Positions 21,800-32,355 of a DNA stretch of 64,000 nt are shown in pieces. The DNA is from an uncultured Acidobacteriota bacterium (GTDB lineage: Bacteria; Acidobacteriota; Thermoanaerobaculia; UBA5066). Location: NCBI GenBank assembly GCA_963779415.1, contig CAVZYA010000002.1, positions 1,600,001 to 1,664,000 of the forward strand, in the 5' to 3' direction. A model generated the notes under the pieces. That model worked only from the letters and a program-made list of their open reading frames with translations. It was not told the origin of the DNA and made no database searches. The first letter of the stretch is position 1; each line of letters starts with the position of its first letter. The position numbers and the translations under genes were made by a program.

Positions 21800-22216
21800 T
21801 CAGGCCGAGGAGTTTTTTCCGTTCCCGCCCAGACGCGTCTGGAGGTCGTCGACGAAGGAGAGTACGGTGCTCCGGTCGGCGGTCGCGGGGACCTTCACGG
21901 TGACGGCCTCGTCCCCCTTCCGGATCGTGATCTCGACGTCGCGGTCCCGTCCGTGCGTGATCCAGCCGTTGATCACTTCGATCAGCTTCGGGAGGACGTT
22001 CGGGAGGATCGCGACGAGGAGCGAGCCGGCGATGACGGCCTCGGGGGAGCGGGTGCCGGCGGGGGCCGGCCCGCCGGACACGAACTCGACGGACTCGACG
22101 TGGAGACCGGCGATCTCGCGCCGGAGGCTCCGCGTCCGCTCCTCGAGCTCGCGCGAGTCCGATCCCGGGCCCGGATCGATCCTGACCTTCAGACTCAGCG
22201 GCTCCGAAACCGACAT
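21800..22216 (-). CDS. EACC1-like (effector-associated constant component) small protein
   Basis: ELEERTRSLRREI...VESVE...GPAPAGTRS...LLVAILPNVLPKLIEVINGWI...VEITI pattern; RBS GGGAGGG before ATG 22216. Confidence 0.6.
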   Translation of the reverse strand: MSVSEPLSLKVRIDPGPGSDSRELEERTRSLRREIAGLHVESVEFVSGGPAPAGTRSPEAVIAGSLLVAILPNVLPKLIEVINGWITHGRDRDVEITIRKGDEAVTVKVPATADRSTVLSFVDDLQTRLGGNGKNSSA

Positions 22217-22275
22217 GGAACGACCCTCCCTGCGATCGCCGGCGATTCTAGCGCCGGGACGCGGGCCTCTCCCGC

Positions 22276-24141
22276 TCAGGCGGCGGCTTCCCGGTCCTTG
22301 AGCTGCAGGGCGTAGAGACGGGCGTAGAGGCCCCCCTTCGCGAGGAGCTCCTCGTGCGTCCCCGACTCCCGCACTTCGCCGTGGCCGAGGACGAGGATGT
22401 CGTCGGCGCGGACGATGGTCGAGAGGCGGTGCGCCACGACGATGGAGGTGCGGCCCGCGAGGAGGCGCGCCACGGCCTGCTCGATCAGCGCCTCCGTCTC
22501 CGGGTCGACGCTGGAGGTCGCCTCGTCGAGGATCAGGAGGCGGGGGTCGCGGGCGAGGGCGCGCGCGAACGAGACGAGCTGCTTCTCGCCGACGGAGAGG
22601 CCGCCGCCCCGCTCGGTCAGGCGCGCGTCGAGCCCTTCGGGGAGCCGGTCGAGGAGGCGCCCCAGGCCCACCTCGCGGCAGGCCGCCTCGATGGCCGCGC
22701 GCGGGATGGCGGGGTCGAAGAAGGAGACGTTCTCGGCGATCGTCCCGGTGAAGAGGAAGGTGTCCTGCTGGACGATGCCGAAACGCTCGCGGAAGCGGAC
22801 CGGGTCGAAGCGGCGGACGTCGACGCCGTCCACGTGAACGCTCCCCGCCGTCACGTCGTAAAAGCGGAGGAGGAGGTTCAGGATCGTCGACTTTCCGGCG
22901 CCGGTCGCCCCGACGAGCGCGACCGTCTGCCCCGGCGGGACGCGGAACGAGACCCCCTTGAGGATCTCCTGCCCCGGCTTGTACGAGAAGCGGACGCCGT
23001 CGAAGACGACGTCGCCGGCGAAAGGAGAAGGGACGGGGACGGGATCGGAAGGCGCGGTGATCGAGGGCTTCGTGTCGAGGAGCTGGAAGATCCGTTCGGA
23101 GGAGGCCATGGCCGCCTGCAGGATGTTGTACTTCTCTGACAGGTCCATCAGCGGCCGGTAGAAGCGTTTCGAGTACTGGAGGAAGGCCACGACCGCACCG
23201 ATCGTCATCGAGCCCCGGACGACCTCGCCGCCGCCGTACCAGAGGATGGCCGCCATCCCGACGGCCGAGAGGAAGTCGACCGCGGGGTAGAAGACGGAGT
23301 AGTAGAAGATCGATTCGATGTTGGCGGCGCGGTGCGCATCGTTCACCGCGTCGAAGTCGCGGCGGGCCACCGGCTCCCGCCGGAAGAGCTGGACGACCCC
23401 GATGCCGGAGAGGTGCTCCTGGAGAAAGGCGTTGACGCGGGCGATCTTGACGCGGACGTCGCGGTAGGTGTCGCGCGCCCCCTTCCGGAACCAGTTCGTC
23501 ACGAGGAGCATCGGGACGAGGACGGCGAAGGTCACCGCGGCGAGCGGCGGGTTCATGGCGACGAGGACGCCGACGATCCCGACGAGGACGAGGACGTCGC
23601 CCATGAGCGCCACGAAGCCCGAGGTGAAGAGCTCGTTCAGGGCTTCGACGTCGGTCGTCAGCCGCGTCATGAGCCGGCCGACGGGAGTCCGGTCGAAGAG
23701 GGCGACGTCCGCCCGCTGCAGGTGGCCGAAGATCGCCTTCCGAAGGTCGTACATCACCCCTTGCCCCATCCGCGAGGTCCACGTCACCATCACGAACGCG
23801 ACGCCGAAGAGAAGGATCGTCGTCAGGAGGTAGAGGCCGGCGATCCACTCCATCCCGTGCGGCCCGGTGACGTCGACGCCCGCGAGGGCGAAGAACCAGG
23901 CCACGCCCCGCGCCGCCGGGTCGGCGCCCGTCTTCTCCTTCGTGAAGAGAAGGTCGATCGCGGCGGCCGTCAACAGCGGCCCGGCGAGCTGAAGGACCGA
24001 CTCGGCGAGGAGGCCGGCGACCGAGCCCGCGACGTACCGCCGGTACGGGATGGCGAGCGTCAGAAGCCGGCGGAAGAGACGCGGCTCGAAGGCCTTTCCG
24101 AAGGCCTCTTCCTCGTGCGGGCTCGCGACGAGGTCGGCCAT
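22276..24141 (-). CDS. ABC exporter, fused TMD-NBD subunit (MdlB-like)
   Basis: TMD plus Walker A GATGAGKST, signature LSVGEKQ, ILDEATS. Confidence 0.93.
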   Translation of the reverse strand: MADLVASPHEEEAFGKAFEPRLFRRLLTLAIPYRRYVAGSVAGLLAESVLQLAGPLLTAAAIDLLFTKEKTGADPAARGVAWFFALAGVDVTGPHGMEWIAGLYLLTTILLFGVAFVMVTWTSRMGQGVMYDLRKAIFGHLQRADVALFDRTPVGRLMTRLTTDVEALNELFTSGFVALMGDVLVLVGIVGVLVAMNPPLAAVTFAVLVPMLLVTNWFRKGARDTYRDVRVKIARVNAFLQEHLSGIGVVQLFRREPVARRDFDAVNDAHRAANIESIFYYSVFYPAVDFLSAVGMAAILWYGGGEVVRGSMTIGAVVAFLQYSKRFYRPLMDLSEKYNILQAAMASSERIFQLLDTKPSITAPSDPVPVPSPFAGDVVFDGVRFSYKPGQEILKGVSFRVPPGQTVALVGATGAGKSTILNLLLRFYDVTAGSVHVDGVDVRRFDPVRFRERFGIVQQDTFLFTGTIAENVSFFDPAIPRAAIEAACREVGLGRLLDRLPEGLDARLTERGGGLSVGEKQLVSFARALARDPRLLILDEATSSVDPETEALIEQAVARLLAGRTSIVVAHRLSTIVRADDILVLGHGEVRESGTHEELLAKGGLYARLYALQLKDREAAA

Positions 24142-25871
24142 CAGGCGGCCTCGACTTCCTCGGCGAGCCGCTGGCGTTCGGCCAGCTCGGCGTAGACGCC
24201 GCCCTGTGCGAGCAGCTCGTCGTGCGTCCCCGTCTCCGCGACCCGGCCGTTCTCGAGTACGACGATGAGGTCGGCGTTCCGGAGCGTGGAGAGGCGGTGC
24301 GAGACGAGAAAGACGGTCCGGCCGGCCGCGGCGTCCTTCAGCCCGGAGAGAATTCGCGCCTCGGTCTCGGTGTCGACCGAGGAGAACGCGTCGTCGAGGA
24401 TCAGGATGGGGGCTTCGGTGAGGAGGGCCCGGGCCAGCGCCAGGCGCTGCTTCTGCCCTCCGGAGAGGGTGATTCCCCGCTCACCGACGATCGTATCGAG
24501 CCCCTTCGGGAACTGCTCCACGTCCCCCTCCAGGCCCGCCGCCTTCACGACCCGCTCGATCTCCGCCCTCGGGGCGTCGGGGCGGCCGAATGCCACGTTC
24601 CCGGCGAGGGTGTCCGAGAAGAGGAAAGTCTCCTGCGGGACGACGGCGGCGCTCCGGCGAAGGACGGGAAGGGGAACTTCCGTCACGTCGCGTCCGCCGA
24701 CGAAGATCGTCCCCGGCTGCGGCTCGTCGAGCCGGAGAAGGAGGGAGAGAATCGTCGATTTTCCGGCTCCCGTCCGCCCGACGAGGGCGACCGTCCGGGC
24801 CGGCGGGACCCGGAACGAAATGCCCGAGAGGATCGGCCGGCCGCCGCCGTAGGAGAAAGCCAGCTCCCGGAACTCGATCTCTCCGGCGAGAACACCGCCC
24901 GGGTCGCGCTCGTCGGGAAGTGGAGAGGCCTCCCAGAGGTCGAGCATACGGTTCCACGATGCGGCCCCCCGCTGCCAGAGATTGACCACCCATCCGAGCG
25001 CCATGGCCGGCCAGATCATCTCCATCAGGTAGAGGTTGAACTCGACGTACCGGGCGACCGTCAGCTTTCCGGCGAGGATCTGCCGGCCGCCCGCCCAGAG
25101 CGTCAGGGCGAAGCCGGACTCGACGATGAGCCGGAGCATCGGCATGTAGAGGGCGTTCAACCGGGCGAGGCCGAGGTTCCGGCGGCGAAGCTCGCGGTTC
25201 TTCGGATCGAAGCGAGCCTCTTCCTCGGCCTCGCGGGCGAAGGCGCGGACGAGCCGGGCGCCGGAGAAGTTCTCCTGCGCCTCGGCCGAGACCTCGCTGA
25301 AGAACTCCTGGATCTTCGTGAATCGGCGGTGCGTGGCCTGCCCGACGACCTTCGTGACGATGGCCACGACGGGAAGGACCGAGAGAGCGACGAGCGAGAG
25401 GTAGGGCGAGACGAGGAACATCAGGACGCACGCCGCGCTCCCGACGAGGATCGTGTTTCCTCCCTGCATTATCCCCGGGCCGATCATCATCCGGACGGCC
25501 GCCAGGTCGTTCACCGCCCGGGACATCAGGTCCCCGACGCGGTTCTTCCGGTACCAGACCGGGGGCAGACGCAGAAGATGCGCGAGGAGGTCGCCGCGCA
25601 TCTCGTACTCGACCTCCCGCGAAGCCCCGATCAGGAGCCGCCGCGTCACGAAGAGGCAGATCGCGTCGCCGACGGCGAGGAGGACGATGATCCCCGCAGC
25701 CCGGCCGACCCGCCCGGTCGAGACACCCGAGGAGAGTTCGGCGATCGCCTGTCCGACGAGCCGAGGCATCGCGAGGAAGAGCGCCGTGGAGCCCGCCATA
25801 GCCAGGAAACCCCAGACGTACGGGCCTGGGCGACGACGGAAATAGCTTAGAAAGCGGGTGAAATCCCTCAA
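24141..25871 (-). CDS. ABC exporter, fused TMD-NBD subunit (MdlA-like, degenerate site)
   Basis: [27 protein letters not shown]; translationally coupled to partner, consistent with a heterodimer. Confidence 0.93.
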   Translation of the reverse strand: MRDFTRFLSYFRRRPGPYVWGFLAMAGSTALFLAMPRLVGQAIAELSSGVSTGRVGRAAGIIVLLAVGDAICLFVTRRLLIGASREVEYEMRGDLLAHLLRLPPVWYRKNRVGDLMSRAVNDLAAVRMMIGPGIMQGGNTILVGSAACVLMFLVSPYLSLVALSVLPVVAIVTKVVGQATHRRFTKIQEFFSEVSAEAQENFSGARLVRAFAREAEEEARFDPKNRELRRRNLGLARLNALYMPMLRLIVESGFALTLWAGGRQILAGKLTVARYVEFNLYLMEMIWPAMALGWVVNLWQRGAASWNRMLDLWEASPLPDERDPGGVLAGEIEFRELAFSYGGGRPILSGISFRVPPARTVALVGRTGAGKSTILSLLLRLDEPQPGTIFVGGRDVTEVPLPVLRRSAAVVPQETFLFSDTLAGNVAFGRPDAPRAEIERVVKAAGLEGDVEQFPKGLDTIVGERGITLSGGQKQRLALARALLTEAPILILDDAFSSVDTETEARILSGLKDAAAGRTVFLVSHRLSTLRNADLIVVLENGRVAETGTHDELLAQGGVYAELAERQRLAEEVEAA

Positions 25872-25937
25872 GTGATTCTCGGGGGTGCGGGCGCTGCTCC
25901 AGGCCCGCGCCGCGTGTCGGTATTCTACCGGACGTCG

Positions 25938-28331
25938 ATGACTCCCAACTCTTCTCTTCCCGGCCTTCCGTCCCTCCCGGCGATGCCGCAGCGCGGCGAG
26001 ATCGACCCGATCTGCGGCATGACGGTCGATCCGGCGCGCGCCGCGGCCGTCCGCGAGGAAGACGGGAAGAAGATCTACTTCTGCTCGGTCAAGTGCGCGG
26101 AGAAGTGGGAGCGCCGCCGGAGCGACGCGCCCGAGCCGGTCGCTGCGGCAGGGACCGACTGGGTCTGCCCGATGGACCCTGAAGTCCGCGAGAAGAAGCC
26201 CGGCCCCTGCCCGGTCTGCGGCATGGCGCTGGAGCCGGAAGACGTCGCGGCCGCGGGAAGCCAGGACGACTCCGAGCTGAGGGACATGTCGCGGCGCTTC
26301 TGGATCAGCCTCGTGCTGACAGCTCCGCTGATGTTCTTCGAAATGGTCGCGATGTGGTCGCCTCGGCTGGCCGAGACCCTCTCGCCGCGCCTGTCGCTGG
26401 CGATCCAGTTCTTTCTCGCGACGCCCGTGGTGCTCTGGGGCGGCGCCCCGTTCTTCGAGAGAGCGTGGACTTCGCTGAAGACGCGCCGCCTGAACATGTT
26501 CACCTTGATCGGCCTCGGGACGGGGACCGCATACATCTATAGCGTCGCGGTGACGGCCGCGGGAGTCTTCTCTTTCTTTCCAAGAGAATCTTCAGGCCCT
26601 CACGCAAGCCACAATGTCTACTTTGAAGCGGCGGCCGGGATCACGACGCTCGTCCTCCTCGGGCAGGTGCTGGAGCTGCGCGCGCGGCGGAAGACTTCGG
26701 ATGCGATCCGCGCCCTGATGGATCTATCGCCGAAGACGGCGCGGCTCGTCGTCGGGAACGCCGAGCGGGACGTGCCGGTCGCCGACGTGATGAAGGGCGC
26801 CGTCCTCCGCGTCCGCCCGGGGGAGAAGGTGCCGGTGGACGGCGTCGTCCTCGAGGGGGCGAGCGGGGTGGACGAGTCGATGGTCACCGGGGAGCCGATC
26901 CCGGTCGCGAAGAGCGCCGGGAGCCGGGTGACGGGCGGGACCCTGAACGGCCCGGGCTCGTTCCTGATGCGGGCCGAGCGCGTCGGGAGCCAGACCGTTC
27001 TTTCGCAGATCGTGAAGCTCGTCGGCGAGGCGCAGCGGAGCCGCGCTCCTGTCCAGCGGCTCGCGGACTCGGTCGCGGCGCTCTTCGTCCCGGCCGTCGT
27101 CGCCGTCGCGCTCGTCGCGTTCCTCGCCTGGCTCGCCGTCGGTCCCGAGCCGCGGTTTCAGAACGCCCTCGTCGCCGCCGTCGCCGTCCTCATCATCGCC
27201 TGCCCTTGCGCCCTCGGCCTCGCGACGCCGATTTCGATCATGGTCGCGACGGGACGCGGGGCGCTCTCCGGCGTCCTCGTGAAGAACGCCGAGGCGCTGG
27301 AGCGGCTCGCGGCGGTCGACACGCTCGTTCTGGACAAGACGGGAACGCTGACGGAGGGGAAACCTAAGGTGACCAGAATTCGCGCCTTCGGCGCCATCAC
27401 GGAAAACGAGATTCTGATACTCGCTGCTGCGGTCGAGCGCCTGAGCGAGCATCCGCTGGCTTCCGCCATTGTTGCGGCGGCCAGGGAACGGAATCTGGCG
27501 ATTCCGCGCGCCGAGGATTTCGTTTCTGTTCCCGGGCAGGGTGTCAGGGCCGTCGTCGAAAGTCATGTCGTGGCGGTTGGAACGAAGTCTTTCTTAGAAG
27601 GTGGAGGGAACGAACAGCGCCCGACTAGAGTTTCGGCCGCGGGTGTACACGGGTCATTCGAAGAAATTTCCCGGTCGTTCTCTTCGGACGTTACAGAGGT
27701 GGGATCGGTGGGCGCCGGAGAGACTCCTCTGTTTGTCTCCCTCAATGGAAAGCTCTCGGGGGCCCTCTTCCTCTCGGACCCCCTGAAGCCCTCCGCCGCG
27801 CCGGCGGTCGCCGCGCTGCACGCGGCCGGTCTTCGACTCGTCATGTTGACCGGCGACCGGCGGGAGGCGGCCGAGGCGGTGGCGCGCGCCGTCGGAATCG
27901 ACGAGGTGCGGGCGGAGGTGCTTCCCGCAGGGAAGAAGGAGGCGGTCGAAGCTCTCCGGGGCGAAGGACACGTCGTGGCGATGGCGGGCGACGGCGTGAA
28001 CGACGCCCCGGCGCTCGCGGCGGCCGACGTCGGGATCGCGATGGGGACGGGGACCGATGTCGCGATGGAGAGCGCGGGAATCACGCTCCTTTCGGGCGAC
28101 CTCGCGGGGATCGTCCGGGCGCGAAGGCTCTCCCAGGCGACCCTCCGGAACATCCGCCAGAACCTCCTCTTCGCCTTCGCCTACAACTCGGTCGGCGTCC
28201 CGATCGCGGCGGGCGTGCTCTACCCGTTTTTCGGCATCCTCCTGTCGCCCGTCATCGCCAGCGCGGCGATGACCTTCAGCTCCGTCTCCGTCATCTCGAA
28301 CGCGCTTCGCCTCCGGCGACTGAAGCTCTGA
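25938..28331 (+). CDS. copA: Cu(I)/Ag(I) P1B-type ATPase with YHS and heavy-metal-binding domains
   Basis: DPICGM/FCSVKC YHS, CPMDP...[38 protein letters not shown] and MxxSS motifs. Confidence 0.92.
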   Translation: MTPNSSLPGLPSLPAMPQRGEIDPICGMTVDPARAAAVREEDGKKIYFCSVKCAEKWERRRSDAPEPVAAAGTDWVCPMDPEVREKKPGPCPVCGMALEPEDVAAAGSQDDSELRDMSRRFWISLVLTAPLMFFEMVAMWSPRLAETLSPRLSLAIQFFLATPVVLWGGAPFFERAWTSLKTRRLNMFTLIGLGTGTAYIYSVAVTAAGVFSFFPRESSGPHASHNVYFEAAAGITTLVLLGQVLELRARRKTSDAIRALMDLSPKTARLVVGNAERDVPVADVMKGAVLRVRPGEKVPVDGVVLEGASGVDESMVTGEPIPVAKSAGSRVTGGTLNGPGSFLMRAERVGSQTVLSQIVKLVGEAQRSRAPVQRLADSVAALFVPAVVAVALVAFLAWLAVGPEPRFQNALVAAVAVLIIACPCALGLATPISIMVATGRGALSGVLVKNAEALERLAAVDTLVLDKTGTLTEGKPKVTRIRAFGAITENEILILAAAVERLSEHPLASAIVAAARERNLAIPRAEDFVSVPGQGVRAVVESHVVAVGTKSFLEGGGNEQRPTRVSAAGVHGSFEEISRSFSSDVTEVGSVGAGETPLFVSLNGKLSGALFLSDPLKPSAAPAVAALHAAGLRLVMLTGDRREAAEAVARAVGIDEVRAEVLPAGKKEAVEALRGEGHVVAMAGDGVNDAPALAAADVGIAMGTGTDVAMESAGITLLSGDLAGIVRARRLSQATLRNIRQNLLFAFAYNSVGVPIAAGVLYPFFGILLSPVIASAAMTFSSVSVISNALRLRRLKL

Positions 28332-28437
28332 TCGGCTTGGGGCAGCGGCGCTTCCGGCGTGCCGTGCCACCGGTCGCGGCCGCACTCCCCGAAAGGCGGC
28401 GTATCCTCTGCGCGGCTTTCACCCTTCGAAGGACGAC

Positions 28438-28941
28438 ATGAGATTCAGGTCTTCCCGTTTTCTTTTCGGCCTGCCCCTTTTCGACGTCGTCATTCCCGGA
28501 CCGGTCCAGCCGGGCTCCGCTCCCGAGCGGCCCGTCGCGCGGGGATGGGTCGCGGTCGGCCCCGTCGCGATCGGCCTCGTCTCTTTCGGCGGACTTTCCG
28601 TCGGTGGTCTGGCCCTGGGTGGTCTCGCTCTCGGTCTGTTTCCCCTCGGCGGCGTCGCCGTGGGCGCGATCGCCATGGGAGGTGCCGCCATCGGGTACTG
28701 GGCGGTCGGGGGTGCGGCGATCGCCGCCCACGCGGCTCTCGGGGGGTTGGCCGCGGCGGCTACATACGCTCAAGGGGGCGCGGCCTTCGCGGAGCACGCA
28801 AACGACGCCGCTGCACGGGAGTTCTTCTCGTCCGGCTTCATCCTGCCGGCGCTTCGCCACCTGGCCGGGCATTCAAGCTGGTTCCTGCTCCTCCTAATCT
28901 TTTTGCTCCCCTTCTTCGCCAAGAGACGTTCGGACGCCTGA
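28438..28941 (+). CDS. Gly-rich hypothetical membrane protein
   Basis: ARGWVAVGPVAIG followed by GGLxxG repeats and a C-terminal TM helix. Confidence 0.7.
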   Translation: MRFRSSRFLFGLPLFDVVIPGPVQPGSAPERPVARGWVAVGPVAIGLVSFGGLSVGGLALGGLALGLFPLGGVAVGAIAMGGAAIGYWAVGGAAIAAHAALGGLAAAATYAQGGAAFAEHANDAAAREFFSSGFILPALRHLAGHSSWFLLLLIFLLPFFAKRRSDA

Positions 28942-29147
28942 CCCTGCGTTCGCGCCGAACGGCGTGGCGTCTCATTTCTCTCTACGTTGCATCCCGCTTT
29001 GGGCTCGACATCGAGGCCCTTCGTATGGAGTAACGCCTGGCACGGCTACTGCGGCGGTTGATTGAGGCGCATCATTGGCGGGGAGGGGACCCTGAGGGGG
29101 AAAATGCTCGGGAAAGGCGGGCGCTCCGGCGCCTGACGGTGAGCAGC

Positions 29148-29705
29148 ATGACATCGACGGTTCTCGTCGTCCTCGTCCTCGCGGTGGCCGCCCTCGCCCT
29201 CCTCGGCGGGTGGCTGGTGCCGACGTGGCGGCGGTGGCGCGGGGCGCGTGTCATCAACTGCCCGGAGACGAACGATCCCCAGACGGTGCGTATCGACGCG
29301 AAGCACGCCGCGCTGACTTCGGTCGGGGCCCTTCCGGAGCTTCGCCTCGAGTCGTGCACGCGTTGGCCCGAGCGTCAGGACTGCGGGCAGGACTGCCTCA
29401 AGCAGATCGAGAACTCTCCTTACGGCTGCCTCGTGAAGTCGATGGTCGTGGAGTGGTACGTCGGCAAGAACTGCGTCTTCTGCGGGAAGGCGATCGTCGT
29501 CGCGGGAGTCGCGGAACACGCTCCGGCGCTCGTCGCGCCGGACGGCACGACCGTCCTCTGGAAGGACCTCCGGCCCGAGAGCCTCCCGGAGATCTTCCGG
29601 ACGCACAAGGCCGCCTGCTGGAACTGCCATGTCGCGGAGAGCGTCGTCCGGAAGCACCCGGAGGTCGTGACCGTCCGTCCCGAGCGCGACCAGCTCATCC
29701 ACTAA
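29148..29705 (+). CDS. membrane-anchored Cys-rich hypothetical protein with a single CxxCH
   Basis: N-terminal TM helix; CPET, CTRW, CGQDC, CVFC, CWNCH. Confidence 0.75.
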   Translation: MTSTVLVVLVLAVAALALLGGWLVPTWRRWRGARVINCPETNDPQTVRIDAKHAALTSVGALPELRLESCTRWPERQDCGQDCLKQIENSPYGCLVKSMVVEWYVGKNCVFCGKAIVVAGVAEHAPALVAPDGTTVLWKDLRPESLPEIFRTHKAACWNCHVAESVVRKHPEVVTVRPERDQLIH

Positions 29706-29711
29706 AGGACC

Positions 29712-30266
29712 GTGCAGCGCGCCCTCGCGCTTCTTCTTGCGGCGGCTCTCGGGGTCGCGGGCTGCTCGTCGGGGAACCGGGCCGAAAAGCAGGCTTTTTT
29801 CGCGGCGGGGCGGGAGGTGAAGCTGAAGCAGTCACCCCCGACGAACGAGGAGCTCCGGAAGGACGTGGACCTCTTCCTCGAGAACGACCTTCTCCTGACC
29901 TTCGACAAGGCGAAGGTGCGGGAACGGAAGGAGGCTTCGACGCTCCGGATCGTCTTCGTCGGGGGGATGGCCGCGGTCGTGGTCGGCGCGACGGCGGGAA
30001 GCCTGAAGGGGAACGGCGGCGCGCAGGCGGCGGTCATCGGCACGGGCGCTGCGGCGATGGCACTCGCCGCCGTCCGGTACTTCGGCCCGGTGAAGGACCT
30101 CCACGAGTGCCAGGAATTCCTCTCCCTGAAAGGCGCGCAGCTCAAGGGGTGGGAGGCGCGGAAATTGAACGATTCCGCCGAGCCGGTTCCCGCGAACGCG
30201 TGGAGGGAATACGTCGATCTCGTGACCGAGATCCAGCTTCACCCGACCTGCCTCGCCGTTCGCTGA
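29712..30266 (+). CDS. hypothetical lipoprotein
   Basis: Lipobox VAGC; central Gly/Ala hydrophobic hairpin. Confidence 0.7.
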   Translation: MQRALALLLAAALGVAGCSSGNRAEKQAFFAAGREVKLKQSPPTNEELRKDVDLFLENDLLLTFDKAKVRERKEASTLRIVFVGGMAAVVVGATAGSLKGNGGAQAAVIGTGAAAMALAAVRYFGPVKDLHECQEFLSLKGAQLKGWEARKLNDSAEPVPANAWREYVDLVTEIQLHPTCLAVR

Positions 30267-30288
30267 AGACGATCGCGCCGGCGGCCTG

Positions 30289-30684
30289 TCAGAGGACGAG
30301 GAAGGTGTCGCTTCTCCGGAGGGCGAGGTCGAAGGTGGCGGTCCGGTGGCACCCGGCTCTCCGGTTCCGAAGTCCGATCAGGTAGTCGGCGAAGCCGCCT
30401 TTTCCCCTCGAGAACTCCTCCACCGCCTCGCGAACGAGATCCCGGTCCTCGACGGTGAACTCGACCGTCTGGAGAATCTGCCCGAGCGTCGACACGAACG
30501 TCTTCCGGTCGAACCCGTAGCTGAAGGCCAGGACCCACGACAGCTCGCAGAGAACGACGACACTGATGTAGGCCGTCTCGCCGGTGCGCTCCAGCCGCCT
30601 GAGAAGCCGCCGCGCCGCGCGAAACTGGGTCTCGTCGTCTCTCGTCAGGTACCGGACGAGAACGTTTGTGTCGAGCCCCGTCAC
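30289..30684 (-). CDS. vapC: VapC family PIN-domain toxin
   Basis: GLDTNVLVRYL...VLCEL...FADYLI...TFD. Confidence 0.9.
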   Translation of the reverse strand: MTGLDTNVLVRYLTRDDETQFRAARRLLRRLERTGETAYISVVVLCELSWVLAFSYGFDRKTFVSTLGQILQTVEFTVEDRDLVREAVEEFSRGKGGFADYLIGLRNRRAGCHRTATFDLALRRSDTFLVL

Positions 30685-30935
30685 TTGATCCGGGTCGTCC
30701 CCGTGCGGCCCCTTGCGATCGCGGCATCCATGTCTCGCTCGCTCACACGCCGCTGCCCTTTCCTCCGGAGGATTCCGGCGAGCGCGCCGACGTGGATCTT
30801 CCGCGCCTCGACCCGGAAAGTCCCGTCAGCCTCCTTCAGGAAGTCGAGAAGGTCGCCGGCCTCGACCGCGAGAGCCTCCCGGACCTCCTTCGGAATCGTC
30901 AGCTGTCCCTTCGACGTCAGCGTCGCCGTCGGCAT
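30681..30935 (-). CDS. AbrB/MazE/SpoVT family antitoxin
   Basis: MPTATLTSKGQLTIPKEVREAL...GDLLDF; overlaps the PIN gene. Confidence 0.9.
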   Translation of the reverse strand: MPTATLTSKGQLTIPKEVREALAVEAGDLLDFLKEADGTFRVEARKIHVGALAGILRRKGQRRVSERDMDAAIARGRTGTTRIK

Positions 30936-31308
30936 TGGCCTTCTCCTTACCCCGCTCCTTACTCTACCACGGCGCCGTCCCGAAAGCCTCCTTCCCGGAC
31001 GAACCACAGCCGCGGGAACTCTGTCGCTCACGCGGCGCCGCGTGTTTCCGGCGTCGCGTCGGCGTCCCTGCCCTTCCTGAATTTCGATTTTGCAGACCTC
31101 TCGGCGGGGCCTCCGGAGCCTCCCGGCCGTCCACGACGTCACTATCTCAATCAGTCCCAGCAGCCCGTGAGCTCAGCTGCGGGAAGGTGCCGGCACGCGG
31201 AGAAAGCTCTGGGAGGTCTGGTAGCCGTGCCCGCAATTTCGCCGTGGTCGAAGGAGGAGACGGAAACGTGAATGGCAAGCGGGGCGGGCGGCTCCCGAAG
31301 AAGATCCC

Positions 31309-32355
31309 TCACCGCAACGACTCCATGATCGCCTCCAGCGCCTCTCGCGACGGGCGGAGGCGCTCCATCGGCAGGTCGTGGAGCGGCTCGTCGACGAGAC
31401 CGAGGAGGTCGGGGAGGGAGGGCTTCTTCGGGTCGACGTAGAGGATTCCGGTCAGGATCTCGCCCGTCCCGTGGCTCTCGTGGATCGCCGCGAGCGCCGC
31501 GTCCCGGTCGGTCGGGTCGTAGTCGCGCCCGACGCCGCGGAACCGGAGCGTCGAGCCGTCGGGAAAGGCCACGTCCTTCGAACCGCCCTCCGGAATCTCC
31601 GCCAGCGTCTGCTCGAAGAACGGCACGAAGCCGATCTCGTGGACCGGCGTCTCGTGCTCCTTCGACCACTTGTAGCTCTTCGTCGACCCCTCGTGGTCGT
31701 TGAAGGTGACGCAGGGGGAGATGACGTCGATGACGGAGGTTCCGCGGTGGGCGATCGCGGCCTCGAGGATCGTCTGGAGCTGCTTCATGTCGCCGGAGAA
31801 CGAACGCGCCACGAAGCCCCCCCCCAGCTCGATGGCGAGCGAGCAGCAGTCGATCGGGACGTACTCGTTCCGGGCCCCGTTCTTCTGCTTCGCGCCGACG
31901 TCCGCCGTGGCGGAGAACTGTCCCTTGGTGAGTCCGTAGACGCCGTTGTCCTCGACGATGTAGACGAGCGGGATGTTCCGCCGGACGAGGTGGACGAACT
32001 GGCCGATGCCGATCGAGGCCGTGTCGCCGTCGCCCGAGACGCCGATACCGACGAGCTTCGCGTTCGCGAGGAGGGCGCCGGTGGCGATCGACGGCATCCG
32101 GCCGTGGACGCCGTTGAAGCCCCAGGCCCGGTTCAGGAAGTAGGCGGGGGTCTTCGAGGAGCAGCCGATACCGGAGAACTTCGCGACGCGGTGCGGCTCG
32201 ACGCCCATCTCCCAGAAGGCGTTCACGATCTGCTTCGTGATGACGTCGTGCCCGCATCCGAGGCAGAGGGTCGACTTTCCCCCCTCGTAATCGGCCTTCG
32301 GAAGGCCCATGCGGTTCGTTTTCGGGGCGGGGGCGGTCGGGATCGTGGCGCTCAT
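31309..32355 (-). CDS. 2-oxoacid:ferredoxin oxidoreductase beta subunit
   Basis: LCLGCGH, SGIGCSSK, VHGR, TPP motif GDGD...NGVYGLTKGQ. Confidence 0.93.
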   Translation of the reverse strand: MSATIPTAPAPKTNRMGLPKADYEGGKSTLCLGCGHDVITKQIVNAFWEMGVEPHRVAKFSGIGCSSKTPAYFLNRAWGFNGVHGRMPSIATGALLANAKLVGIGVSGDGDTASIGIGQFVHLVRRNIPLVYIVEDNGVYGLTKGQFSATADVGAKQKNGARNEYVPIDCCSLAIELGGGFVARSFSGDMKQLQTILEAAIAHRGTSVIDVISPCVTFNDHEGSTKSYKWSKEHETPVHEIGFVPFFEQTLAEIPEGGSKDVAFPDGSTLRFRGVGRDYDPTDRDAALAAIHESHGTGEILTGILYVDPKKPSLPDLLGLVDEPLHDLPMERLRPSREALEAIMESLR

